From a virus: 64,000 bases of DNA. Below, one piece after another: positions 19,293 to 28,779 of this stretch. Location: positions 52,795-116,794 of the IMG/VR virus record IMGVR_UViG_3300045684_000050, one strand, 5' to 3'. Numbering within the stretch: the first letter of the stretch is position 1; each line of letters opens with the position of its first letter. The notes beneath the pieces are model-generated. The model did no database searches. It was not told where the DNA came from and saw only the letters and a program-made list of their open reading frames with translations. A program made the position numbers and the translations under genes.

Positions 19293-20501
19293 TTATTTCA
19301 AATATATATTACTACCATCTGAGATGAAAGTAATGTTTTCTCCAAGAGTAGCAAAAGTATAAACATTACCCACAGCTATATCGTCAAATATCACACCTGA
19401 AGTAGCAGTAAGTGTTACAGTATTTGCATTTGTTGGTTCTACACCAACAACCTTCATATCAAACACTACAGAGCACCCTGCCATAGTTAACATTATCGTA
19501 GGATCAACAGTAATATTTATTGGGCCACCTGTATTATTAACGAAAATCATACCATCTGTTACAACAAATGAATCATCTGCAGTAACTGTTCTAAATCTAG
19601 TGGTTGTTCCACAAGTTTTTAAATCAGTAAACTCTGGTATCCAACTTGCACCTCCCCATCTATAATAGACCCTCCCATTATTAAAACTTATAATATAAGT
19701 ATCGCCTGTAACTAACCCACTAGTAAGAGGAACTTCAGTGCCTGTATAATTTTCATTCCTTTCCAAAATTGTTGTGACAACATTAGTAACAACAGTACTA
19801 TCATTTAATGTCCAACGTTGATCGTTATTCTCTGTATGAGTTACTGATAATTCATAATCAGAACCATTAAGATTTACGTCTACACTATTATCTGGAGAAG
19901 AAACAGTTTTAATCTTTGCTCCTATTGGAATATCAAATGTAGATAGGATAGTTGTTCCAACTACATCAATAATATTGAATCTCAAATCTCCATTTGGTAA
20001 TACTTCTACAAAATCTAATCTTGTATTAGTATCATATGTACCTACAAGAGTATCTATATTCCAGGTAGTGTCTCCATTTGCATCAATAACAGCCGTTATA
20101 TCGATAGACCCTTGTGGAGAAACAATACTATATGAAGGTAAACATTCTCTTATATCACAACAGGTTATATAGTCCAAAGGAATACATATCTCGTTATTTA
20201 ATGTATTGCTATCACAATCCGCATTAATTAGCTTTATAGTAGCTTCAGATCCATCAGGGCATTCTTCACTTACCAAAAACGTAACAACAAGACATGGAGT
20301 CGTATCAGTATTGGCATAAGTGCCTATGGTCCATATACCACTACTTTTATCAAATGTACCTTTTGTAGGGACTCCATCTGAAATAGTAATACCATCTGGC
20401 ACTTCAATCTCATACTGAACACCAGTAACAGTACCTGTTGTTAACTTGGGGATACAAATTGTTTTCGTAATTGTATCATTAATTTTAGCTATTTTACTCA
20501 T
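19293..20501 (-). CDS. Virion fibre-like protein with an N-terminal DUF11-like Ig domain
   Basis: IEVPDGIT...GTFDKSSGIWTIG...DSNTLNN matches the DUF11 pattern; fibre-tip-like C-terminus. Confidence 0.55.
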   Translation of the reverse strand: MSKIAKINDTITKTICIPKLTTGTVTGVQYEIEVPDGITISDGVPTKGTFDKSSGIWTIGTYANTDTTPCLVVTFLVSEECPDGSEATIKLINADCDSNTLNNEICIPLDYITCCDIRECLPSYSIVSPQGSIDITAVIDANGDTTWNIDTLVGTYDTNTRLDFVEVLPNGDLRFNIIDVVGTTILSTFDIPIGAKIKTVSSPDNSVDVNLNGSDYELSVTHTENNDQRWTLNDSTVVTNVVTTILERNENYTGTEVPLTSGLVTGDTYIISFNNGRVYYRWGGASWIPEFTDLKTCGTTTRFRTVTADDSFVVTDGMIFVNNTGGPINITVDPTIMLTMAGCSVVFDMKVVGVEPTNANTVTLTATSGVIFDDIAVGNVYTFATLGENITFISDGSNIYLK

Positions 20502-20507
20502 GGTCTA

Positions 20508-21494
20508 CTAATTTGTATTTCCTTCAAGAGCAGCTATCCTACTCTCATAATTTTTTAATAATGTATTTATACTACTTAATGATTCTGGTATAGTTCCAGT
20601 AACAACATCATTACATCCTGAATCCGGAACTGATACTTTATTCAATATGCTTAAATCTTGAATCGCTTTATCTGCAACTGTAGCCGTACTTCCCAGACAA
20701 TTAGTTATTCCCCTTGAAGTTATACTGCCATTATTAATCGTATATCCTTTCAATGTAGCGATATAATTATCAACTAAAGATATTTTGTTAAATAGATGAT
20801 CAGTAATATCCGACAATGACATATTCGACGATATACTCTTTTCAGAGAAATCTTTAACTTCAAATACTTCACTTCCGGAATATGTTGAAGCCGTATTCAT
20901 ATGAACATTAGAGTCTAACACTACATTTCCATTTGGTGTCAGTAAAGTGACTTCTGATTGTACAGTAGCGGGAAACCTATCAAAATCTATATTGATGGTT
21001 CCTGATTCAGCACTCGTAGACTGAACTAATGTAGTTCCATTCTTTAGTGCTCCATAAGACCTCGATCTTACAGAAAGAATCTGATATCCCTCCGGCAAGC
21101 TATTCTTAAGATTACTCAAATCGTAAGTAAACGCTGTACCTCTATTTGTGGTAACAGATGAATAATCAAAACTTAATCCTGAAAGAGCACTCGCATCTAT
21201 TCCGGAAATAGAACCTATGTTTTTCAAAGATCCAGAATACTTTAAATCTGAACTCGATAGATCACAAATTTTAGAAATAATAGAACTCAATGCTGAATGA
21301 ACGTCAGTTTCATAATCACAGTTATCACATTCCCCAGTAAAAGCACAATCTAATGCAATCTTCTTTTCAGTAAAGCCAAGGATGTATGCTATAAGTTTAG
21401 AAATGACTTCTGACAGCATCATACCTTTGGTAATGCCCATTGATTCCACATCCGGGCCGGTATATTTTACTTGACTATCAGGAAATATTTTCAT
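20508..21494 (-). CDS. Putative fibre/structural protein
   Basis: Two Y.G..L..I repeats, KIC motif, coiled-coil end RIAALE. Confidence 0.45.
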   Translation of the reverse strand: MKIFPDSQVKYTGPDVESMGITKGMMLSEVISKLIAYILGFTEKKIALDCAFTGECDNCDYETDVHSALSSIISKICDLSSSDLKYSGSLKNIGSISGIDASALSGLSFDYSSVTTNRGTAFTYDLSNLKNSLPEGYQILSVRSRSYGALKNGTTLVQSTSAESGTINIDFDRFPATVQSEVTLLTPNGNVVLDSNVHMNTASTYSGSEVFEVKDFSEKSISSNMSLSDITDHLFNKISLVDNYIATLKGYTINNGSITSRGITNCLGSTATVADKAIQDLSILNKVSVPDSGCNDVVTGTIPESLSSINTLLKNYESRIAALEGNTN

Positions 21495-21514
21495 CTCTTT
21501 TTTAATTTATTTTA

Positions 21515-24500
21515 TTAGCAACAAGTACATGCAATGTCATCTACACATCCATAATTTGTTCCGTCACATGATCCCCAGCAATTACCAGGAAAGCTACATG
21601 ATCCTGCAGTTGTAGCACAAGTACCAGTACATATTGTAGATACAGGATCAACACAAGTAGCAGCACAATTCGATGTAGCACATGTAGACCCATCACCTAG
21701 ATAAGTTTGGAATGGTCCCGGACATGCAGCTGCAGTAATTCCATCTGTACAAGTGTTGCCACTACAACAAGCACCTGTAACTACAGAACATATATTATTA
21801 CAAGTAGGATCATTAACGAACAATCCAGATCCATTATCTAAAACACAAGTATTTCCTGAACATGAATAATATTGTACACAGTTTCCAGCACCATCACAAA
21901 CAAAGTTTGCTGGACATATATCTGTACATACTCCATTTGAACATTCTTCACAGTCATTAGCACTACAATTCGCATCTACGTCAACACAAGTTCCACTTGA
22001 ACAATCTTGACATCCTGTACATGCTGGTTCACAACAATTTCCAGCTTCACAACCTGCAGGTAAAGTTAAACAACCATCAGGACGACCATCATTGTAAGCA
22101 CAACAACAAGCACAAAAATCTCCATTAGAAAGACATGATTTTCTGCAATCGGCAGCTCCATCAGCAGCACATTGAATACAAGAACAACCTCCATCACATG
22201 TTGTTGTAATACGAGCATTTTGACATGCAGATAATGTAGTATAACTTCCACTATTACCTGAAGCTTGAGAACAAGAACCTTGTGAACATTCATATGTTAC
22301 ACAGTTAAGTAAATCACAAACCATGGTTCCGTCAAGACATGTTTCTACAGCAGCATTACATGCATCTAATGTTGCAAACGTGCCTCCATTACCTGTCACA
22401 CTACTACACGTTCCATTACTACAGTTATAGGTTGTACATGATCCTGAGTTACATTCTGTACTTCCGTCTAGACAAGTAACTACTGATAGATTACAATCCT
22501 CTAATGTTGAAAAAGTTCCTCCAACACCTATAACATTAACACAATTTCCATTGCTACAATTATATGTCGTACATTCAGCAGCCGTACATTCTGTAGTGCC
22601 GTCTGGACATCCAGTCCTTGATGCTGCACAAATAGTACTTGTTGCGAATGTTCCACTTATTCCTTGAACACCAAAACAACCTCCATTAACACAATTATAT
22701 GTCGTACATCCATTAGCACTACAAGCATCAGTACCATCAGGACAATTGAAGTATGATGCCTCACAAGCATCGAATGTAGCAAAGTTTCCACCATCTCCTG
22801 CAACAGCAATACATGCATTCATGGAACAATTATAAGTCGTACAGTCATTAGCATTACAAACATCAGTACCATCTTGACATGTATAGATGCTTGCATCACA
22901 TAATTCTAACGTAGTAAATGCTCCACCTAATCCTGCTACAGAAATACAGTTTCCATTACTACAATTATATGTCGTACATGCGTTTGTATTACATTCATCA
23001 CTTCCATCTGGACAATTAATAATAGCAGCATTACATAATTCTAACGTAGTAAATGCTCCACCTAATCCTGCTACAGAAATACAGTTTCCATTACTACAAT
23101 TATATGTCGTACATTCATTAGCACTACATACCTCTGTACCATCTGGACAATTAATAACAGCTGCATTACAATCTCCCATGTTTCCATAAGTTCCTCCGGT
23201 TCCATTAACTGGAACACAAGATCCACTTATACAATTATAAGTAGTACATTCAGCAGCTGTACATTCTAAACCTCCACCAGGACATCCAACCCTTGAATTC
23301 TCACATTGAGAGAATGTATTAAATGCTCCACCTACTCCTCCTACAGGACTACAAATACCATTACTACAATTATATGTAGTACATTCTCCTGGACTACATT
23401 TTGTAGTTCCATCAGGACAGTTAGTTACTGCTGCATTACAATCTCCTATAGTATCATAAACTCCTCCTAATCCTCCAACAGGACTACAAATACCATTAAC
23501 ACAATTATAAGTCGTACATTCTCCTGGACTACATTTTGTAGTTCCATCAGGACAGTTAGTTACTGCTGCATTACAATCTCCTATAGTATCATAAACTCCT
23601 CCAACTCCTCCAACAGCACTACACACTCCATTAACACAATTATAAGTCGTACATTGACTGTCTACACATTTAGTAGATCCATCAGGACATGTAAATAAAT
23701 TCGCATTACATTGATCCAATGTATTAAAAGTTCCACCTACACCACTAATCATCACACAATTACCATTACTGCAATTATAAGTAATACATTGATTTGATGC
23801 ACATTGGTTAGATCCATCAGGACAAGGATATAATGAAGCATTACATAATGCTAACGTAGTAAAAGTTCCACCTACACCACTAATCATCACACAATTACCA
23901 TTACTGCAATTATAAGTAATACATTGACTGTCTACACATTTATTAGATCCATCAGGACAATTAAATATAGATGCTTGACAAGCGGGTAATGTTCCAAAAG
24001 CTCCTCCTATTCCATTTACAGGCAAACAATTACCATTACTGCAATTATAAGTAATGCACTCGTTTGACGTACATTTCAAAGATCCGTCAGGACACCCTAC
24101 TCTTGAATTAATACATTGAGCAAATGTTCCAAAAGCTCCTCCTATTCCAGGCACTGTTTGGCAATTACCATTATTACAATTATATGTTGTACATTCATTC
24201 GACGTACATTCTGTAGTTCCATCAGGGCAAGTAAATATTGAAGCATTACATTGAGCCGATGTATTAAAAGTTCCTCCAACACCTATAACACTAACACAAT
24301 TTCCATTGCTACAATTATATGTTGTACAACCATTGGAAGTACATTTAATAGATCCATCAGGACAAGGAAATAAATTCGCGTTACATTGACCTAGTGTAGC
24401 ATACATGCCTTGAGCTCCAGCTCCTTGAATAATACAACTTCCATTTATACAATTATATCCATAATTACAACTACCATCATCTACAGTAGCAGCAGGATTA

Positions 24501-27500
24501 TAATTATAGGCTATTGGATCAGTACATCCAGTTACCTGACAATTACCTCCACACGTAGGATCATTTGGGAATGTTCCTGAAGGATTATTAAGTAGACAAC
24601 TTGTTCCATTACATGCATAATACTTAATACAACTACCATCATCTTGGGTAGCAGCTGGATTATAATTTGCAGCAGTAGGATCCGTACATCCTAAAACTAA
24701 ACAAGAGTTATTACATGTAGGATCATTCGCGAATGTTCCAGAAGTATTATCAAGCCCACAGTTAACACCACTACACGAATAGAATGTAACACAACTACCA
24801 TCATCTTGGGTAGCAGCTGGATTATAATTTGCAGCAGTAGGATCCGTACATCCTAATATTTCACAAGTATTATTACAGGTTGGGTCATTTACGAATGTTC
24901 CAGAAGCATTATTTAATATACAATTAGTTCCACTACATGAATAATATTGTACACAGTTTCCTGCACCATCACAAACAAAGTTTGGAGGACAAATACTTAC
25001 ACACACGCCATTTGTACATTCCTCGCAATCATTAGCATCACAATTCGGATTATGATCTATACATATATCTGCTTGGCAATTTTCACAACCATTACATCGT
25101 GCATTATCATCTTGACATACTCCATTATTACAACTTCCACAATTCTCACATGGACCTCCTTCATTTATATTGTTTATTTGATCAGCACCATTATCACAAA
25201 TACATTCTTGACACCCAGCATTAAATGGAGTACTACATACCCATCCATCGCATACATCAACACATCCTGTTTGACATCCTGACAATGTTGCATACATACC
25301 TCCATTTCCTGAAACGGAATCACACGTATACCCTGGGCCTCCTGAACAATTATATGTAGTGCAATCATTTACGTCACAAGCACTGGTTCCATCAGCACAA
25401 GTGTTTAATGCAGCACAACATGTATTTCCATAATCATCAGCATTAGGAACACAACATGAATTTCCATAACTATCAAGTATTGTATTGTCTTCACATGCCC
25501 CATCAAGACAAGTATCGCATCCAGATGTCCCACAAGAACCTCCATTATTTATATTATTAATTTGATCAACACCATTATTACAAACACATTCTTGACAATC
25601 TGCATTAAATGAGGTACTACATACCCATCCGTTACATAAATCACAATTAACACCATCACAAGACAACGAACCATCTAAACAAACAACAGGAGAACAACAA
25701 TCACTTCCATAATCATCTGTTTGCAATCCTGGGTCAGTACAGTTCCCATATCCATCACATACACCACAAACCCCACAAGCAGTATTCATTGGTTCATGAG
25801 TATAAACTGGCACTGAAACACCACTACTTCCATCACAGGTACAACTTATAGTACATGCATCTAAAGCATGTTGTGGTTGCCTAGAAATAATAACATCTGG
25901 ATTTATAGATAGACAAGTATTTGATGTATTAGAATTTATATAAAATATAGTCGGGTTAATCATGTAATCAGGATGAACTTCAAAGTTCAACCCATTAACT
26001 TTTCCCGGAAGAATATCTGTAATATTTAAACTAAAAACAGCTTCATAATTTGCAACTGTTCTTTCTAACTTAAGCTCAATATCATTATAATAAATAGATA
26101 ATAAATCAAGTTTGTTTTTTATGAAATTACCTATTTGAGCTAATGAACCAATAACCCTATTATTATGCAACACTATAAATATTGGTGAAGGAGGAGGATA
26201 TATGATTCCATTAATAACTATATTTTTAAATGATATAGCAATGTTTGTTGTATTTTGACTAAAAATAATTGTATTAGAAGCACATACGACTCCTGCAGGT
26301 GGTGGATCAATAACTACTGGTTGAAAACAAGGATTATATTGATTGCAAGGGTCACAACTAGCTATATCGCAAGCTAATCCTATGCCATTTTCACAAATTA
26401 TAGGATCACAACATTCATTTCCCAAACGATCTAATTGTAAATCCGGATCAATACATGTTCCCATCCCATTACACTCTCCACAATCCCCACATGGATCGCC
26501 AGGTTGTGCATAAGTATATACTGCAACAGGATCTCCTGAGCTGTCATCACAATCACAAGATAAAACACATTCAGTAGCAACAAATCCTGTACATACATTT
26601 ACATTATTACAGCTTGGACAATCATTTAAATCACATGCTTGTGTTCCATCACCGCAATTAAGTACAGTACAACATGTACTGCCATAATCATCAGGCACTT
26701 CTCCAGGATCATTACAATTACCAGATCCATCACAAGTTCCACAATCCCCACATGTGTCTCCATTTTCTCCATAAATATATACAGCAATAGGATCTCCTGA
26801 GCTATGATCACAAGTACATCCTATAATACAAGGTGATGGAAGAAAACCAGAACATGGATCTTCATTAAAACAATTAGGACATAATGCAGAATTACATTGA
26901 AGTGTTCCATTATTACAAACATAAATATCACAACATGTATTTCCATAATCATCCATTACTAATTCGCCTGGACAACACTCTTGGCCATAGCCATCATCCA
27001 CTTCCCCTGGTACACAATCTCCAGCTTGACAATATCCGCAACTTCCTGTAGAACAAATAAAACCTTCTCTTATATTTGTTATTAATGCTGTAGCAATGCC
27101 ATTTTGATTCTGACAATTACACTCTTGACATTCATTATTATAAATAGCAGTATTACAAGGATTATTTAAGGCACATGGACTCTTGCATTGATTAATGCAA
27201 TCTGTTATAGTATCATAATCTCCTCCCATTCCGGAAACAGCATAACACTGATATAATGGACTACCTGTACATTTATAAGTAGTTTCACAATAATGAACTT
27301 TTACGCTTTCTACGAACTGATAATCACACTCACCTGATTTAACATCAAAAGTCAACGTGAAGTCATCAGTAACTACATCGTCCCATGGAACAACAAGTTC
27401 TACATTTGTATTTTCATTACCATTTACGATGATAGGATTAACGAAACCAGTTATAGTCCCAGACCAAGCTTTTTCTGTAGGGAAATGCACACCATAATAT

Positions 27501-27940
27501 ATTTTTACATCATCTCCATGACATACAGATGAAGATGATACATAAACATATCCGGTACAACCTGCACCTGGTGGCGGCATAGTATCTATTATCTCACATT
27601 TTGTTATAATATCTAAATCCGCACAATCGACATCATTATCCAGATAATCATTTGGAGTAGCACTTATGATCTCAGCTTTAATTGCCTTCTTAGGACAATC
27701 TATTAAAGCTACAAGAGTAAGCTCTACACACTTAACCTCTCCGGGCAATAGATACAAACACTTCAAAGTGTTCGTATTATTATCATAAGAACAGTTTATC
27801 TCAGGATTGGAGCCAACCAATTCCCATCCAACCGGTAATGTTACTTTTGCAACAATATCGTCAACTCTTCCTCCGATAGGCGAAGTGTTATTCAGACAGA
27901 CTGTAGTCTTTACTATGCTATTTTTTGATACTAAGCTCAA
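21515..27940 (-). CDS. 2141-aa cysteine-rich repeat protein (DUF11-like N-terminus, PTAANYNP repeats, about 17 copies of a 45-aa six-Cys repeat)
   Basis: Direct reading of the translation; located in the structural operon. Confidence 0.85.
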   Translation of the reverse strand: MSLVSKNSIVKTTVCLNNTSPIGGRVDDIVAKVTLPVGWELVGSNPEINCSYDNNTNTLKCLYLLPGEVKCVELTLVALIDCPKKAIKAEIISATPNDYLDNDVDCADLDIITKCEIIDTMPPPGAGCTGYVYVSSSSVCHGDDVKIYYGVHFPTEKAWSGTITGFVNPIIVNGNENTNVELVVPWDDVVTDDFTLTFDVKSGECDYQFVESVKVHYCETTYKCTGSPLYQCYAVSGMGGDYDTITDCINQCKSPCALNNPCNTAIYNNECQECNCQNQNGIATALITNIREGFICSTGSCGYCQAGDCVPGEVDDGYGQECCPGELVMDDYGNTCCDIYVCNNGTLQCNSALCPNCFNEDPCSGFLPSPCIIGCTCDHSSGDPIAVYIYGENGDTCGDCGTCDGSGNCNDPGEVPDDYGSTCCTVLNCGDGTQACDLNDCPSCNNVNVCTGFVATECVLSCDCDDSSGDPVAVYTYAQPGDPCGDCGECNGMGTCIDPDLQLDRLGNECCDPIICENGIGLACDIASCDPCNQYNPCFQPVVIDPPPAGVVCASNTIIFSQNTTNIAISFKNIVINGIIYPPPSPIFIVLHNNRVIGSLAQIGNFIKNKLDLLSIYYNDIELKLERTVANYEAVFSLNITDILPGKVNGLNFEVHPDYMINPTIFYINSNTSNTCLSINPDVIISRQPQHALDACTISCTCDGSSGVSVPVYTHEPMNTACGVCGVCDGYGNCTDPGLQTDDYGSDCCSPVVCLDGSLSCDGVNCDLCNGWVCSTSFNADCQECVCNNGVDQINNINNGGSCGTSGCDTCLDGACEDNTILDSYGNSCCVPNADDYGNTCCAALNTCADGTSACDVNDCTTYNCSGGPGYTCDSVSGNGGMYATLSGCQTGCVDVCDGWVCSTPFNAGCQECICDNGADQINNINEGGPCENCGSCNNGVCQDDNARCNGCENCQADICIDHNPNCDANDCEECTNGVCVSICPPNFVCDGAGNCVQYYSCSGTNCILNNASGTFVNDPTCNNTCEILGCTDPTAANYNPAATQDDGSCVTFYSCSGVNCGLDNTSGTFANDPTCNNSCLVLGCTDPTAANYNPAATQDDGSCIKYYACNGTSCLLNNPSGTFPNDPTCGGNCQVTGCTDPIAYNYNPAATVDDGSCNYGYNCINGSCIIQGAGAQGMYATLGQCNANLFPCPDGSIKCTSNGCTTYNCSNGNCVSVIGVGGTFNTSAQCNASIFTCPDGTTECTSNECTTYNCNNGNCQTVPGIGGAFGTFAQCINSRVGCPDGSLKCTSNECITYNCSNGNCLPVNGIGGAFGTLPACQASIFNCPDGSNKCVDSQCITYNCSNGNCVMISGVGGTFTTLALCNASLYPCPDGSNQCASNQCITYNCSNGNCVMISGVGGTFNTLDQCNANLFTCPDGSTKCVDSQCTTYNCVNGVCSAVGGVGGVYDTIGDCNAAVTNCPDGTTKCSPGECTTYNCVNGICSPVGGLGGVYDTIGDCNAAVTNCPDGTTKCSPGECTTYNCSNGICSPVGGVGGAFNTFSQCENSRVGCPGGGLECTAAECTTYNCISGSCVPVNGTGGTYGNMGDCNAAVINCPDGTEVCSANECTTYNCSNGNCISVAGLGGAFTTLELCNAAIINCPDGSDECNTNACTTYNCSNGNCISVAGLGGAFTTLELCDASIYTCQDGTDVCNANDCTTYNCSMNACIAVAGDGGNFATFDACEASYFNCPDGTDACSANGCTTYNCVNGGCFGVQGISGTFATSTICAASRTGCPDGTTECTAAECTTYNCSNGNCVNVIGVGGTFSTLEDCNLSVVTCLDGSTECNSGSCTTYNCSNGTCSSVTGNGGTFATLDACNAAVETCLDGTMVCDLLNCVTYECSQGSCSQASGNSGSYTTLSACQNARITTTCDGGCSCIQCAADGAADCRKSCLSNGDFCACCCAYNDGRPDGCLTLPAGCEAGNCCEPACTGCQDCSSGTCVDVDANCSANDCEECSNGVCTDICPANFVCDGAGNCVQYYSCSGNTCVLDNGSGLFVNDPTCNNICSVVTGACCSGNTCTDGITAAACPGPFQTYLGDGSTCATSNCAATCVDPVSTICTGTCATTAGSCSFPGNCWGSCDGTNYGCVDDIACTCC
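22200..24470 (-). repeat. Coding tandem array of about 17 x 135-bp (45-aa) units: C(T/I)TYNCxNGxC...GGxFxTxxxC......CPDG...C
   Basis: acaattataagtcgtacatt recurs at 23501 and 23636 (period 135); units aligned by hand; boundaries approximate. Confidence 0.9.
24470..24930 (-). repeat. Three GCTDP(T/I)A(A/Y)NYNPAAT(Q/V)DDGSC modules
   Basis: Seen in the translation; near-identical DNA at about 24630-24690 and 24795-24855. Confidence 0.85.
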
Positions 27941-27944
27941 AGTT

Positions 27945-28760
27945 CTATTGTATTATGATCCCTGGGTCTCCTCCTCCGATACCTGGATCTATTTCTATTC
28001 CTAAATCAGCACAAGTTTTTATACAATCACCCGTACATTTATCACATTCATGGCAACTATCACAACATACGTTTCCACATAAATCTGCAATTTTTAATAT
28101 TATATCTATGCATTCCTGTGCAGTGTCTCTTACTATCTTAGCTTGGAAAGATACACTTTCTCCTACAGCTACACAATCTCCAATATTGCCGGTAATAGTT
28201 CCTCCTGTTGCGACAAGATTCGTTACACATGGATTTACATTAATAAACTCAATCGTAGTGTATATCCAATTCGTAATATCAATCGATATAGCTGAGCTAC
28301 AAGGAACCTCTAACATTTGAGGTATTCCATATACGCAATCTCCTGTAAGAGGATCACAAGTTCCTAAACAAGTAAGGCATTGATCAGCCATACATACATT
28401 AATACGGCCAGTTATGCTTCTCATTCCACCAACTTCTTTTATCTTGTACAAGATAGAGTAAGTCTTTCTGTGCTCATAGACTTTTCTTGTCTGAGCTACT
28501 ACATCGCCATTAGTTGCAATAGTGACAGAAGAAAACCCTGAATTATCAAAAGAGAATAAGCTAAACTCATAAGTACTTCCATCGCTAGGAAGGTTGATAT
28601 TAGCTATCCCATTTATATTGAAAGACATTGCTTCTCCTGGGGCCGGACCTTGATCACATGCCCACTCTATAGTAGGTGCTACTAGACAGTTAATACAATT
28701 CGTTGTAGGAATTGTTACTGTTGGAGTACCACAATTATTACAATTTGGATAATAATTCAT
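27945..28760 (-). CDS. Cys-rich structural protein with Ig-like segments
   Basis: CxxC clusters at both ends, beta-rich centre. Confidence 0.6.
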   Translation of the reverse strand: MNYYPNCNNCGTPTVTIPTTNCINCLVAPTIEWACDQGPAPGEAMSFNINGIANINLPSDGSTYEFSLFSFDNSGFSSVTIATNGDVVAQTRKVYEHRKTYSILYKIKEVGGMRSITGRINVCMADQCLTCLGTCDPLTGDCVYGIPQMLEVPCSSAISIDITNWIYTTIEFINVNPCVTNLVATGGTITGNIGDCVAVGESVSFQAKIVRDTAQECIDIILKIADLCGNVCCDSCHECDKCTGDCIKTCADLGIEIDPGIGGGDPGIIIQ

Positions 28761-28779
28761 TTTCTAAATTTTCTTTTTA

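Noticed and set aside
25860-26325. Intein in the giant Cys-rich protein
   Set aside because: No C-terminal His-Asn followed by Cys/Ser/Thr and no LAGLIDADG motifs
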